Source: Thermoproteota archaeon (GTDB taxonomy: Archaea > Korarchaeota > Korarchaeia > Korarchaeales > JAOZGB01). Taken from it: DNA of 16,624 nucleotides. The stretch is from the NCBI GenBank assembly GCA_037917685.1, contig JAVCBU010000017.1, positions 1 to 16,624 of the forward strand, given 5' to 3'. The position numbers were made by a program, and so were the translations under genes. Positions 8,287 to 16,264 of this stretch are shown in pieces. The notes beneath the pieces were generated by a model that saw only the letters and a program-made list of their open reading frames with translations, made no database searches and was not told where the DNA came from. Within the stretch, counting starts at the first letter, position 1; each line of letters begins with the position of its first letter.

Positions 8287-10968
8287 ATGGACTGGCATAG
8301 CATCTCAGCCGAAGAGGTGCTTTATAAGCTTTCGTCTAGTGTCAGAGGTCTTAGCCGGGAGGAGGCGGAAGAAAGGCTTAGAAAGTACGGCTTGAACATG
8401 ATCCGCGAGGAGAGGGGGGTCTCTCCTCTTAGAATACTTATCGATCAGTTCAAGAGCTTCCTTATAGGCCTTCTGATCTTCTCCATGCTTGTATCATGGC
8501 TCATAGGTGAGGTCTACGACGCCCTTGCAATAGCCTTCATCGTGGTTGCAAACGCAGTTATAGGCTTCAACCAGGAGTACAGGGCTGAGAAAGCCCTTGA
8601 ATCTCTCAAGCGGATGCTTACGCCTACAGCTAAGGTTCTAAGGGATGGGAAGCTCAGGAAAATACCTGCAACAAAGGTTGTACCAGGAGATATACTTGTA
8701 ATTGACGCGGGGGACCGTGTAGCAGCCGACGGCCGGCTTATCTACACCTCAAACTTCCAGGTAGACGAGTCCATGCTAACTGGAGAGTCAACCCCGGTGT
8801 CAAAGGACTCCAGGGAGATACTTAAACCCGAGACTCCCCTCGCCGATAGGGTTAACATGGTCTACATGGGGACGATAGCCACAAGGGGCACCGCCAAAGC
8901 TGTTGTGACAGCCACAGGGATGGAAACAGAGTTTGGAAAGATAGCTGGCATGGTTCAAAGGGTTGAAAGAGAGCAAACCCCCCTAATGCGGAGGCTCGAA
9001 AAATTCGGGAGAAAGCTTGGGATCCTCATTCTGCTCCTATGCCTGGTTGCAGCGGTAGTCCAGAGGCTGCATGGACTAGACATAATCCACTCCTTTATGA
9101 CAGCTATAGCTCTAGCGGTCTCCGCTGTTCCTGAAGGATTGCCAGCGGTTTTAACCGTCACCCTAGCCCTTGGGATGAGGGAAATGGCTAAGAGAAACGC
9201 TGTTGTCAGAAGACTGGCGAGTGTTGAGACGCTTGGAAGTACAACCGTAATATGCGCTGACAAGACTGGCACGATAACTAAGAATGAAATGACGGTTAGG
9301 AAGGTCTACGTCGATGGGAGAGAATATGAAGTTACTGGGTCCGGCTACAACCCTTCCGGTAGCTTCATACTGGCAGGTCGAACCGTAGACCCACTTGAGA
9401 ATAAGGTACTCGAAAGAATGATGCAGGTCTTCCTTTTATGTAATAACTCAGATCTCCAAGAAGAAGGTGGTGAATGGCGTGTAGTAGGAGACCCCACGGA
9501 GGGAGCATTACTGGCTCTTGCCATAAAATCTGGAATGTGGAAGGAGGAAATTTTCAAGGATTACCCGGAGGTCGCTAGAAACCCGTTTGACTCGAGAAGG
9601 AAGAGGATGAGCACAGTTCACATGCATAACGGTAGCACTTTCATGTTTGTAAAGGGCGCGCCAGAGGTTATAGTAGAACTTTCAGAGTGGATTGAAACCT
9701 CAGATGGGGTCAAAAGGTTGACTGAAGAAGAAAAACAGAAAATCCTCGGTAAGACCATGGAGTATAGCAGGCAAGCCCTAAGGGTTATTGCAGCAGCGTA
9801 TCGGAGGGTGGAAGATGGGGTGGAGACAGGTGAGAAGGCTGAAAGAAACCTTATATTTCTTGGGCTTGCAGCTATGATTGACCCTCCCAGAGAAGAGGTT
9901 CCGGAGGCTATTAGAAAGTGTAGAGAGGCAGGAATAAGGGTTATAATGATAACTGGTGATCACAAGGAGACTGCCATAGCCATAGCTAGAATGATCGGCC
10001 TAGTAGACTCTAACCCTGATGTTAAAGTCTATACCGGCGTTGAACTGGACAAATTGGACGATGAAGCTCTGTGCAAGGTGGTTGAGGAGGTATCTGTTTT
10101 TGCCAGGGTGTCGCCTAGCCACAAGGTGAGGATAGCTCAAGCTCTAAAGAAGAATGGTCACATAGTCGCGATGACCGGTGACGGGGTTAACGATGCACCC
10201 GCGGTTAAGACAGCTGACGTCGGAGTTGCAATGGGTATTAAGGGAACCGAGGTTACCAGGGAAGCTTCAGACATGGTTCTACTGGACGACAACTTTGCAA
10301 CAATAGTTAAAGCGGTTGAGATGGGTAGAGCAATATACGATAACATAAGGAAATTCGTGAGGTTCCTCCTTGCATGTAACTTCGATGAGATAGCAGTAAT
10401 CTCAGTTGCAGGGCTAGCAGGACTACCATTACCTCTCAAGCCGCTACAAATACTATGGCTGAACCTTGCAACAGACGGCCTCCCAGCTACAGCTCTTGCA
10501 TTTGATCCCCCGGACAAGGATATTATGAAGAGGAAGCCTAGAAGCCCCGAGGAGGGACTGCTGCACGGGATGACAAAGTTTGTGGCAGTGTCAGCTCTCC
10601 TACAGTTCCTAGCTACGATGATAGCATTCATAACAGCCCTAATATATATGAGGAGGCCTTACGAAGAAGCCAACACACTAGCCTTCACAGTGACTGTGAT
10701 GTTTGAGCTCTTCGTAGTGTTCAACTGTAGGTCTGAAACGAGAAGCATCTGGAGAAACAGCCCCCTAACAAATAGGAAACTGTTCGCCTCAGTTCTCCTA
10801 AACATCCCTATACACCTTGCAATAATCTACTGGGCACCCCTCCAAGCAGCTTTCGAAACCGCACCGTTAACACTTCAAGACTGGATTGTGGCATTGATGC
10901 TTGGAGGCTTAGGGCTTCTTGTGATTCCAGAGCTCTTTATGAACAAGAAATCCGAAAATGAAACGTAG
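8287..10968 (+). CDS. Ca2+-translocating P-type ATPase, type IIA (SERCA/PMR1-like)
   Basis: LTGES, VPEGL, DKTGT phosphorylation site, KGAPE, DPPR, MITGD, MTGDGVNDAPA, LLDDNF, WLNLATDG. The start is ATG 8287 or TTG 8278. Confidence 0.96.
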   Translation: MDWHSISAEEVLYKLSSSVRGLSREEAEERLRKYGLNMIREERGVSPLRILIDQFKSFLIGLLIFSMLVSWLIGEVYDALAIAFIVVANAVIGFNQEYRAEKALESLKRMLTPTAKVLRDGKLRKIPATKVVPGDILVIDAGDRVAADGRLIYTSNFQVDESMLTGESTPVSKDSREILKPETPLADRVNMVYMGTIATRGTAKAVVTATGMETEFGKIAGMVQRVEREQTPLMRRLEKFGRKLGILILLLCLVAAVVQRLHGLDIIHSFMTAIALAVSAVPEGLPAVLTVTLALGMREMAKRNAVVRRLASVETLGSTTVICADKTGTITKNEMTVRKVYVDGREYEVTGSGYNPSGSFILAGRTVDPLENKVLERMMQVFLLCNNSDLQEEGGEWRVVGDPTEGALLALAIKSGMWKEEIFKDYPEVARNPFDSRRKRMSTVHMHNGSTFMFVKGAPEVIVELSEWIETSDGVKRLTEEEKQKILGKTMEYSRQALRVIAAAYRRVEDGVETGEKAERNLIFLGLAAMIDPPREEVPEAIRKCREAGIRVIMITGDHKETAIAIARMIGLVDSNPDVKVYTGVELDKLDDEALCKVVEEVSVFARVSPSHKVRIAQALKKNGHIVAMTGDGVNDAPAVKTADVGVAMGIKGTEVTREASDMVLLDDNFATIVKAVEMGRAIYDNIRKFVRFLLACNFDEIAVISVAGLAGLPLPLKPLQILWLNLATDGLPATALAFDPPDKDIMKRKPRSPEEGLLHGMTKFVAVSALLQFLATMIAFITALIYMRRPYEEANTLAFTVTVMFELFVVFNCRSETRSIWRNSPLTNRKLFASVLLNIPIHLAIIYWAPLQAAFETAPLTLQDWIVALMLGGLGLLVIPELFMNKKSENET

Positions 10969-11033
10969 ACTGTTTAAGCCCTCACTACTTTTCACTAAGC
11001 CCACGGGAGTAGAGTAGTAAGCTGGTTGGAATA

Positions 11034-12434
11034 CTATTCAATAACCTTTCCCGGGTTTAAGATGTTCTTAGGGTCGAAAACCTCCTTTATCCTCTTCATG
11101 AGTAGTCTCTCCTCCTCACTTAGATGCATAGCCATGTCCTTGATTTTTACAGAGCCTACCCCATGCTCAGCTGTGATGGTTCCACCCAGCCTCATAGCTA
11201 GAGAGAATATCTCCTCCTTAAAGCTTGGGTAGAAGGACTTCCAATCCCCGGCCAACCCTGTTTTCAAAGGGTGTTGATGGACGTTTCCATCTCCAGCGTG
11301 TCCGTACTGTACTATTTTCATCCCGTACTTCTCGGCTATCCTTCTACTCTCATTGACATACTCTGCTATGGCTGAGATAGGCACTCCAACATCAAGTATT
11401 TCTACACTGTTATTCTTCAGCCCCTCATATATGAGGCTTCTAACCTTCAAGATTTGCTCCTGCCGGCTTTTACCGTCCGCCACGAAAACATCTATCGCCC
11501 CATGCTCCTGGCATATCTCCGCTATCCTCTGGCTAACCTCAAGAAGCTCTTCCTGCTTTCTACCCTCAAGTATTATCATTAAGTAGGCTTTCCCGGTGTG
11601 GATGGGCCACTTCTCGCCGGAAGCCTTCTCCCCGGCCCTCACAGCCTCCTCCTCAACATACTCCAGGGCTAGAGGCACTATTCCGCTTCTCAGGATGGGA
11701 GGAACAGACCCTATGGCCTCGTCGGCACCGTTATAGGGGATTATCAGCGTGAAAGTTTCCCCAGGCCTAGGCTTCAACCTTATGGAAACCTCGGTTATAA
11801 CCCCCAGAGTCCCCTCACTCCCAATTAGTAGCTGCATAAGATCGTAGCCCATAACGTTCTTAACCATCTTACCTCCAAGCTTTAACACCTTCCCATTAGG
11901 CAAGACAACAGTCATGCCTGTAATGTAGTTTCGCATAACCCCGTACTTTACAGCTCTAGCACCCCCAGCATTACACGCCGCCAGGCCGCCTATGGTTGCC
12001 CCCTCATCCCCCGGGTGTAGGGGAAACCAGAGATCCTTCACGTTCTCATCAAGATATTGAATTATGTCTCCAAGGGTGACTCCTGCCTCGCATGTCATAA
12101 TTAGGTTGTCCCTGTCAACCTCTATCCTCCTCCTCATACGTTCAAGAGACAGTATGATAGAGGGCTTAATTGGCACGGAGCCGCCTGAGAGCCCGGTTCC
12201 ACCTCCCCTCGGCACCACTGGGAAACCTTTTTCATAAGCGTATCTCAGAACATTCGACACCTCCCCCGTATCCTTCGGCCTTACCACAATAACCTCCCTA
12301 CATATCTCAGGGAGAACTTCGGGCGATGTTTCGTCTGTAAGGTAGGGCTCCACCTCCTCCGGCCGGCTCAGAACGTTCTCGGCGCCAACAATACCCTCCA
12401 AATCCCTAACAACCTTGGCATTCACCGGGGCCAC
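11034..12434 (-). CDS. FAD-binding oxidoreductase, GlcD/D-lactate dehydrogenase family (2-hydroxyacid oxidase)
   Basis: PRGGGTGLSGG, ATIGG...NAGG...KYG..RNY, GYDL..L.IGSEGTLGVIT, GHAGDGNVH, AEHGVG, FDPKNILNPGK. The true start may be GTG 12425, which has GAGGTG upstream at RBS spacing. Confidence 0.93.
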   Translation of the reverse strand: MAPVNAKVVRDLEGIVGAENVLSRPEEVEPYLTDETSPEVLPEICREVIVVRPKDTGEVSNVLRYAYEKGFPVVPRGGGTGLSGGSVPIKPSIILSLERMRRRIEVDRDNLIMTCEAGVTLGDIIQYLDENVKDLWFPLHPGDEGATIGGLAACNAGGARAVKYGVMRNYITGMTVVLPNGKVLKLGGKMVKNVMGYDLMQLLIGSEGTLGVITEVSIRLKPRPGETFTLIIPYNGADEAIGSVPPILRSGIVPLALEYVEEEAVRAGEKASGEKWPIHTGKAYLMIILEGRKQEELLEVSQRIAEICQEHGAIDVFVADGKSRQEQILKVRSLIYEGLKNNSVEILDVGVPISAIAEYVNESRRIAEKYGMKIVQYGHAGDGNVHQHPLKTGLAGDWKSFYPSFKEEIFSLAMRLGGTITAEHGVGSVKIKDMAMHLSEEERLLMKRIKEVFDPKNILNPGKVIE

Positions 12435-12597
12435 ACCTCATATCCAACCCGAACACTTAACTTAATAATAACATCCAGCCAGCAAGCATTAGGGATACAG
12501 TGCAGAGACAATAAGTCCTTAAAATCTTGAAGCTAGCCGGGGTCCCAGCTGGATTTCAACGTTTTAAATGAGTGGAGGTATAAATTAGTGATTCCAA

Positions 12598-13248
12598 TTG
12601 AGGGGCTTCTCCGCCGAGGAGATAGCATGGCTTATACTCAGAAAGATGGGCTACAAAATATTGGAGTGGCATCACCAGGTAAAACGCGGCGATAGCAAAA
12701 TAGCTGAAATAGACCTTATAGCTGAAGACGCCCAGAAGACAAAATACGGCGTTGAGGTTAAAGCCGGAAAGATAGGGGTCTCAGATGTGAGGCAGACCTA
12801 CGGAAACGCTGCAATTGAAGGTTTAAAGCCTTTAATAGTCTGTCAGGGATTCTCCGAGGAGTCTGCGAAGCTCGCAGCTGAGGAACTAGGCGTAAAAGTC
12901 GTCACATTCAGCGAGTACTTTCTACTACTCAGCATAGAAGACCTATACATGGTTGTAAGCCGCGCGGTTAAGGACGTGCTAGCAAACTACGGGCTAACAC
13001 CCCCAGTACTAGCCGAAATGATCTCACAGGAAGAACTGAACGTGATATCAGCCATATCATCCTCCGAGTCAATAGGGAAGGCCGCCCAAAAAGCAGGAAT
13101 GGACAGGAAGTCCGTAGAAGAAGCAATATCAAAGCTAAAGAAGAACGGTGTAATCCCCCAGGGCCTAAGAGGCTACAACCAGCTTAGAAATGCATGCAGG
13201 AACATAGTATTCCAGCTGAGACTTCAAGCCACACAAAGAACACAATAG
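12598..13248 (+). CDS. PD-(D/E)XK restriction-endonuclease-like nuclease (Mrr/YraN/RecB-family-like) with probable C-terminal HTH
   Basis: AEEIAWLILRKMGY (catalytic-E helix), EIDLIAE, YGVEVKAG, DVRQTY; SIGKAAQKAGMDRKSVEEAISKLKKNG resembles a helix-turn-helix. Confidence 0.85.
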   Translation: MRGFSAEEIAWLILRKMGYKILEWHHQVKRGDSKIAEIDLIAEDAQKTKYGVEVKAGKIGVSDVRQTYGNAAIEGLKPLIVCQGFSEESAKLAAEELGVKVVTFSEYFLLLSIEDLYMVVSRAVKDVLANYGLTPPVLAEMISQEELNVISAISSSESIGKAAQKAGMDRKSVEEAISKLKKNGVIPQGLRGYNQLRNACRNIVFQLRLQATQRTQ

Positions 13249-13314
13249 ACCCGGACACTAAACACCCCGGAACGCATCGACCATCAAACATTCCAAATAT
13301 CAATACATGCAGCC

Positions 13315-13359
13315 CATACCTATCTGAACTCCTATCTGAACCTCATACCTATCTGAACT
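13315..13359. repeat. Short imperfect tandem repeat, three copies of CCTATCTGAAC
   Basis: CATACCTATCTGAACT (13315-13330), CCTATCTGAACCT (13331-13343), CATACCTATCTGAACT (13344-13359). Confidence 0.9.
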
Positions 13360-13402
13360 TCCAGAATTATTAAGGCTTAAGGGTTTAAACGTTGCTGTTA
13401 GC

Positions 13403-13513
13403 CTAGAAGACATGGAAGTGCGCGCGCGTACTTACATTTACTATTTTACCTATCCGTTCCCTCCAGTTTCTAAGTATCTTTGCCCTTTCCCATGCCGTAT
13501 CTAAGCTTCTCAC
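13403..13513 (-). pseudogene. N-terminal remnant of an MNT (minimal nucleotidyltransferase) antitoxin
   Basis: GTG 13513 overlaps the HEPN 3' end and gives MRSLDTAWERAKILRNWRERIGKIVNVSTRAHFHVF*. ERAKILRNWRE..KI resembles the N-terminus of archaeal MNTs, but the GS and DxD catalytic motifs are absent. Confidence 0.6.
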
Positions 13514-13739
13514 AGAAATTTATCACCTCCTCAGCGAGCGAAATGAGGTATTCCGCATCTTCTTCATCGAAGACCTTGTAGAAATACCTGCTTGTAGGGT
13601 AGGCGTCTTCTAAATTATGAAGCCCTCTCTTTTTCTCTTTAATAAAATTTCTGACATTCTTTTCGTTTACACGTTTTAGTTCATTTAGCAAAATAACAAG
13701 GAATACGTTCTGTGAAAATCAGTATAGGAGACCGCTTAA
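13470..13739 (-). pseudogene. HEPN domain protein, 5'-truncated and frameshifted
   Basis: The C-terminal LHNLEDAYPTSRYFYKVFDEEDAEYLISLAEEVI is HEPN-like. DFHRTYSLLF (13720-13691, similar to the consensus DFPRTHSL) joins LLNELKRV only if one T is added to the T4 run at 13693-13690. An LSGLLY remnant lies at 13739-13722 in the downstream ORF's frame but is followed by a TGA stop. Confidence 0.8.
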
Positions 13740-14029
13740 ATCACTCTCATATCCACCGCTTTAACTTTAAGCTCTTTTGAGTGAGTTACTATATACTTAT
13801 CGCTTGTAACCATCGGTATATCGTAATGTTTGGCTGTTACAACATGTATGAATCGAAGTAATGAAGCTTCCTTGGCCCTCCATACACCGTATAAAGTTTT
13901 AAAGCTTCAATTACGATTTCATGAGTTATTGGTAGAGGTTCGTAAATCTACAATCTTGCTAAGAGGAACCTGGTTACTCCTTAAAGCCGAAACTATGTCG
14001 TTGTAAACTTCGGATGATGTATAAGCTCT
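13736..14029 (-). pseudogene. vapC: PIN-domain (VapC) toxin remnant, 5'-truncated with two frame breaks
   Basis: Three pieces: RAYTSSEVYNDIVSALRSNQVPLSKIVD, then (break near 13945) YEPLPITHEIVIEALKLYTVYGGPRKLHYFDSY, then (1-nt shift at 13846) HVVTAKHYDIPMVTSDKYIVTHSKELKVKAVDMRVI*. The PIN acidic residues E, D (FDS) and D (TSD) are present; the N-terminal Asp motif is missing. Confidence 0.85.
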
Positions 14030-14175
14030 CGAGGCGCCGGTTAAGAGAGCTTAAGCCTCAAAAAGAAGTTAAGAAAACATTAATACTGCAATGCTGTAGG
14101 TTTCCCCATTTATCCTAATATGGAATATTTATATGTTTTGGTAAAGATATGTGAATGGTAAAGCCATTCAGTGGC

Positions 14176-15099
14176 TTATGGCTGTCTTCGTATTATTTCA
14201 ACTTTATATTTCAGGTTTAACCTTTGTTGCCTATACCCGATTTTCTTCTTTATTACCGGTAAGAGTTTTTCATTTATTTCGTATCCGATAGAATTCCGTC
14301 CCAGCTCTATTGCTACCTTCATCGTTGTTCCCGTCCCAAGGAAAGGATCCAGCACAGTGTCCCCCATTATGGAGAACATACTGATTAACCTTCTCGGTAT
14401 TTCCTCCGGGAAAGCCGCAACCCTCCTCTCCACCTCAGGCACCTGCTGTTTAGCCCCCGCTATATCCCATATTTGAGTAAACCAGCGATCTCTCTGCTCC
14501 TTTTTATATCTACTTGCATATCTTAATGGATCGTAGGGTTTAAACCGTCTTATCCGGCCTTTCCTAAATATTAGAATATACTCGCAGTCAAGAGTTACAT
14601 AGGCGTTTGGGGGTAACATGCCTGAACCTAAAAATGCTCCTTTACCCTTATACTTAGGTTTTGTCGTTGGCTTCTTCCACAAAATATAGGGTAGAGTTTG
14701 AAATCCAATCTTCTCGCATATTTCAATAGTTCTTGCATGATTGGGGAAAAGCCTAAAAATTCCGTTGAGAGTCCTGGTAGCATCACCTATATTAATGCAG
14801 GCGATCCCACCATCGATAAGGACCCTAAAAACTTCAGACCAGACAATTGCTAAGTTTTCATGCATAAGATCATAAATGTGCCTAACGATATTCTCCCTAT
14901 TAGTTCTATCACTTTCTGTTTCAAACTTATTCCAAAGCGTATCTATTCTATCGTCAATCTTTCTAAAGAGATCATCCCAAATTTCAATCATCGGATAAGG
15001 TGGTGAAGTAACTATTAAATGGACACTTTTATCAGGAACTTCTTTTAATTCTCTTGAATCTCCGATTATGATTTTATGAAACGTTGGAAGCTCCTGCAT
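14176..15099 (-). CDS. Site-specific DNA methyltransferase, beta class, probably N4-cytosine, M.MthZI-like (predicted CTAG)
   Basis: Catalytic TSPPY precedes SAM-binding LDPFLGTGT (beta order). TSPPYPMIEIWD, INIGDATR, PNHART and GSGMLPPNAYVT match my recollection of M.MthZI and the haloarchaeal CTAG methylase. ATG 15099 has GGTGGAG just upstream; GTG 15108 is the alternative start. Confidence 0.93.
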   Translation of the reverse strand: MQELPTFHKIIIGDSRELKEVPDKSVHLIVTSPPYPMIEIWDDLFRKIDDRIDTLWNKFETESDRTNRENIVRHIYDLMHENLAIVWSEVFRVLIDGGIACINIGDATRTLNGIFRLFPNHARTIEICEKIGFQTLPYILWKKPTTKPKYKGKGAFLGSGMLPPNAYVTLDCEYILIFRKGRIRRFKPYDPLRYASRYKKEQRDRWFTQIWDIAGAKQQVPEVERRVAAFPEEIPRRLISMFSIMGDTVLDPFLGTGTTMKVAIELGRNSIGYEINEKLLPVIKKKIGYRQQRLNLKYKVEIIRRQP

Positions 15100-15272
15100 A
15101 ATCTCCACCCTTACCTGTTAAGATTAGTTAAACCAATACATTTAAGCCTATTTCTTGGGATAATGGCTTCGCTACATTTCATACAGGTGGATACCAACAT
15201 CGCGAAACGCACTGGGATGATGGGAAGACTCATATTTTAATATTGGTTATCGCAAGGGGCTCCCCCAACCCT

Positions 15273-15287
15273 GCATAAAATTATAAG
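15273..15287 (+). promoter_or_regulatory. BRE/TATA promoter for the ybjQ-udg pair
   Basis: A-rich GCATAAAA followed by TTATAA (15281-15286), 24 nt before ATG 15311. Confidence 0.55.
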
Positions 15288-15310
15288 GGCAGCCATCCAA
15301 TTATAGGCTG

Positions 15311-15661
15311 ATGATAGTAGTTACAACACCCTCAATCCCTGGGTACAGGGTTGTAAAGATTATAGGCCCTGTCTACGGCCTATCAATAAGGACGAGGGGT
15401 TTCTGGGGGAAGTTTGTCGCGAGCATCGAGAGCTTTCTCGGCGGGGAGATTAAAAGCTTTATAGAGGAGTGTGAGAAGGCGAGGCTCCAGTCAATCAAGG
15501 TCATGGTGGAAAGAGCTGAGAAACTTGGCGCAAACGCGATTATAGGCGTAGACTTTGATACAAGCGATGTCCTAGGTACAGCTACCATATTCACAGCCTA
15601 CGGAACAGCTGTTGTAGTTGAAAAAATACCAGGGGACGAATACAGCCAGAGTAGGGAGTGA
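15311..15661 (+). CDS. YbjQ/UPF0145 family protein (putative heavy-metal-binding)
   Basis: [42 protein letters not shown]. Confidence 0.93.
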   Translation: MIVVTTPSIPGYRVVKIIGPVYGLSIRTRGFWGKFVASIESFLGGEIKSFIEECEKARLQSIKVMVERAEKLGANAIIGVDFDTSDVLGTATIFTAYGTAVVVEKIPGDEYSQSRE

Positions 15662-15665
15662 AGCC

Positions 15666-16247
15666 ATGCAGCCATGGCACCAAGCGCTGGAGGAGAAGAT
15701 CAGGAAGTGTAGGAAGTGCCCCCTCCACGCCACCAGGCATAACCCGGTTGTCGGCGAGGGAAGCTTGAAAGCAGAGGTTATGTTCATAGGAGAAGCTCCC
15801 GGGAGGTGGGAGGACATAAGGGGGAGGCCATTCGTAGGCCAGGCTGGAAAACTGCTGGACAGCCTCCTGGGGGAAGCTGGGCTTACCAGGGAAGAGGTCT
15901 ACATTACAAACGTTGTGAAGTGCAGGCCGCCCAACAACAGAGACCCAGGGAAGTCCGAGATTGAAGCATGCAGGCCATACCTAGACGAGCAGATAACAAG
16001 GATAAAGCCGGGGATAATCGTATGCCTCGGTAGGCATAGTCTCAAGGAAGTATTCAGGAAAGCAGGCTTAAAACCTCCAAGAATAACAGACGCGAGGGGT
16101 AGGCCGGTTAGCACAAGGGTACTAGGGATTCCGGTGACTGTGCTTCCAACACTACACCCGGCAGCAGCCCTATACAATCCAAACGTTAAATCCCTACTCG
16201 AAGAGGACTTTAAACTGCTAAGAACAATATTGGAATCCCCAGACTGA
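15666..16247 (+). CDS. udg: Uracil-DNA glycosylase family 4 ([4Fe-4S])
   Basis: [49 protein letters not shown] prefer ATG 15666 (just after the ybjQ stop) over TTG 15618. Confidence 0.95.
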   Translation: MQPWHQALEEKIRKCRKCPLHATRHNPVVGEGSLKAEVMFIGEAPGRWEDIRGRPFVGQAGKLLDSLLGEAGLTREEVYITNVVKCRPPNNRDPGKSEIEACRPYLDEQITRIKPGIIVCLGRHSLKEVFRKAGLKPPRITDARGRPVSTRVLGIPVTVLPTLHPAAALYNPNVKSLLEEDFKLLRTILESPD

Positions 16248-16264
16248 CCACGAGGCTTTGGATG

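Larger units (their letters stand above)
13367..14064. repeat. Imperfect 15-bp inverted repeat pair bracketing the TA remnants
   Basis: TTATTAAGGCTTAAG (13367-13381) versus the reverse complement of 14050-14064, TTTTTGAGGCTTAAG: 13 of 15 identical. Confidence 0.55.

Noticed and set aside
11034-12434. Assigning the symbol glcD or dld
   Set aside because: There is no GlcF or ETF partner nearby, and the substrate cannot be determined from motifs.
13315-13359. CRISPR mini-array
   Set aside because: The units are 11-16 nt with no spacers, and there are no cas genes.
13690-13846. Programmed frameshifting restoring HEPN or VapC
   Set aside because: There are no canonical slippery heptamers, and both genes also lack their N-termini and have additional deletions.
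12598-15099. Nuclease plus methyltransferase as a cognate type II restriction-modification pair
   Set aside because: They differ in composition and CTAG content, are separated by TA debris, and the nuclease looks like a resident Mrr/YraN-like protein rather than an MjaI/MthZI-type enzyme. Not fully excluded without a search.
14176-16247. Functional link between the m4C methyltransferase and UDG (cytosine deamination theme)
   Set aside because: They are divergently transcribed and the MTase appears to be a foreign insertion, so adjacency is probably coincidental.
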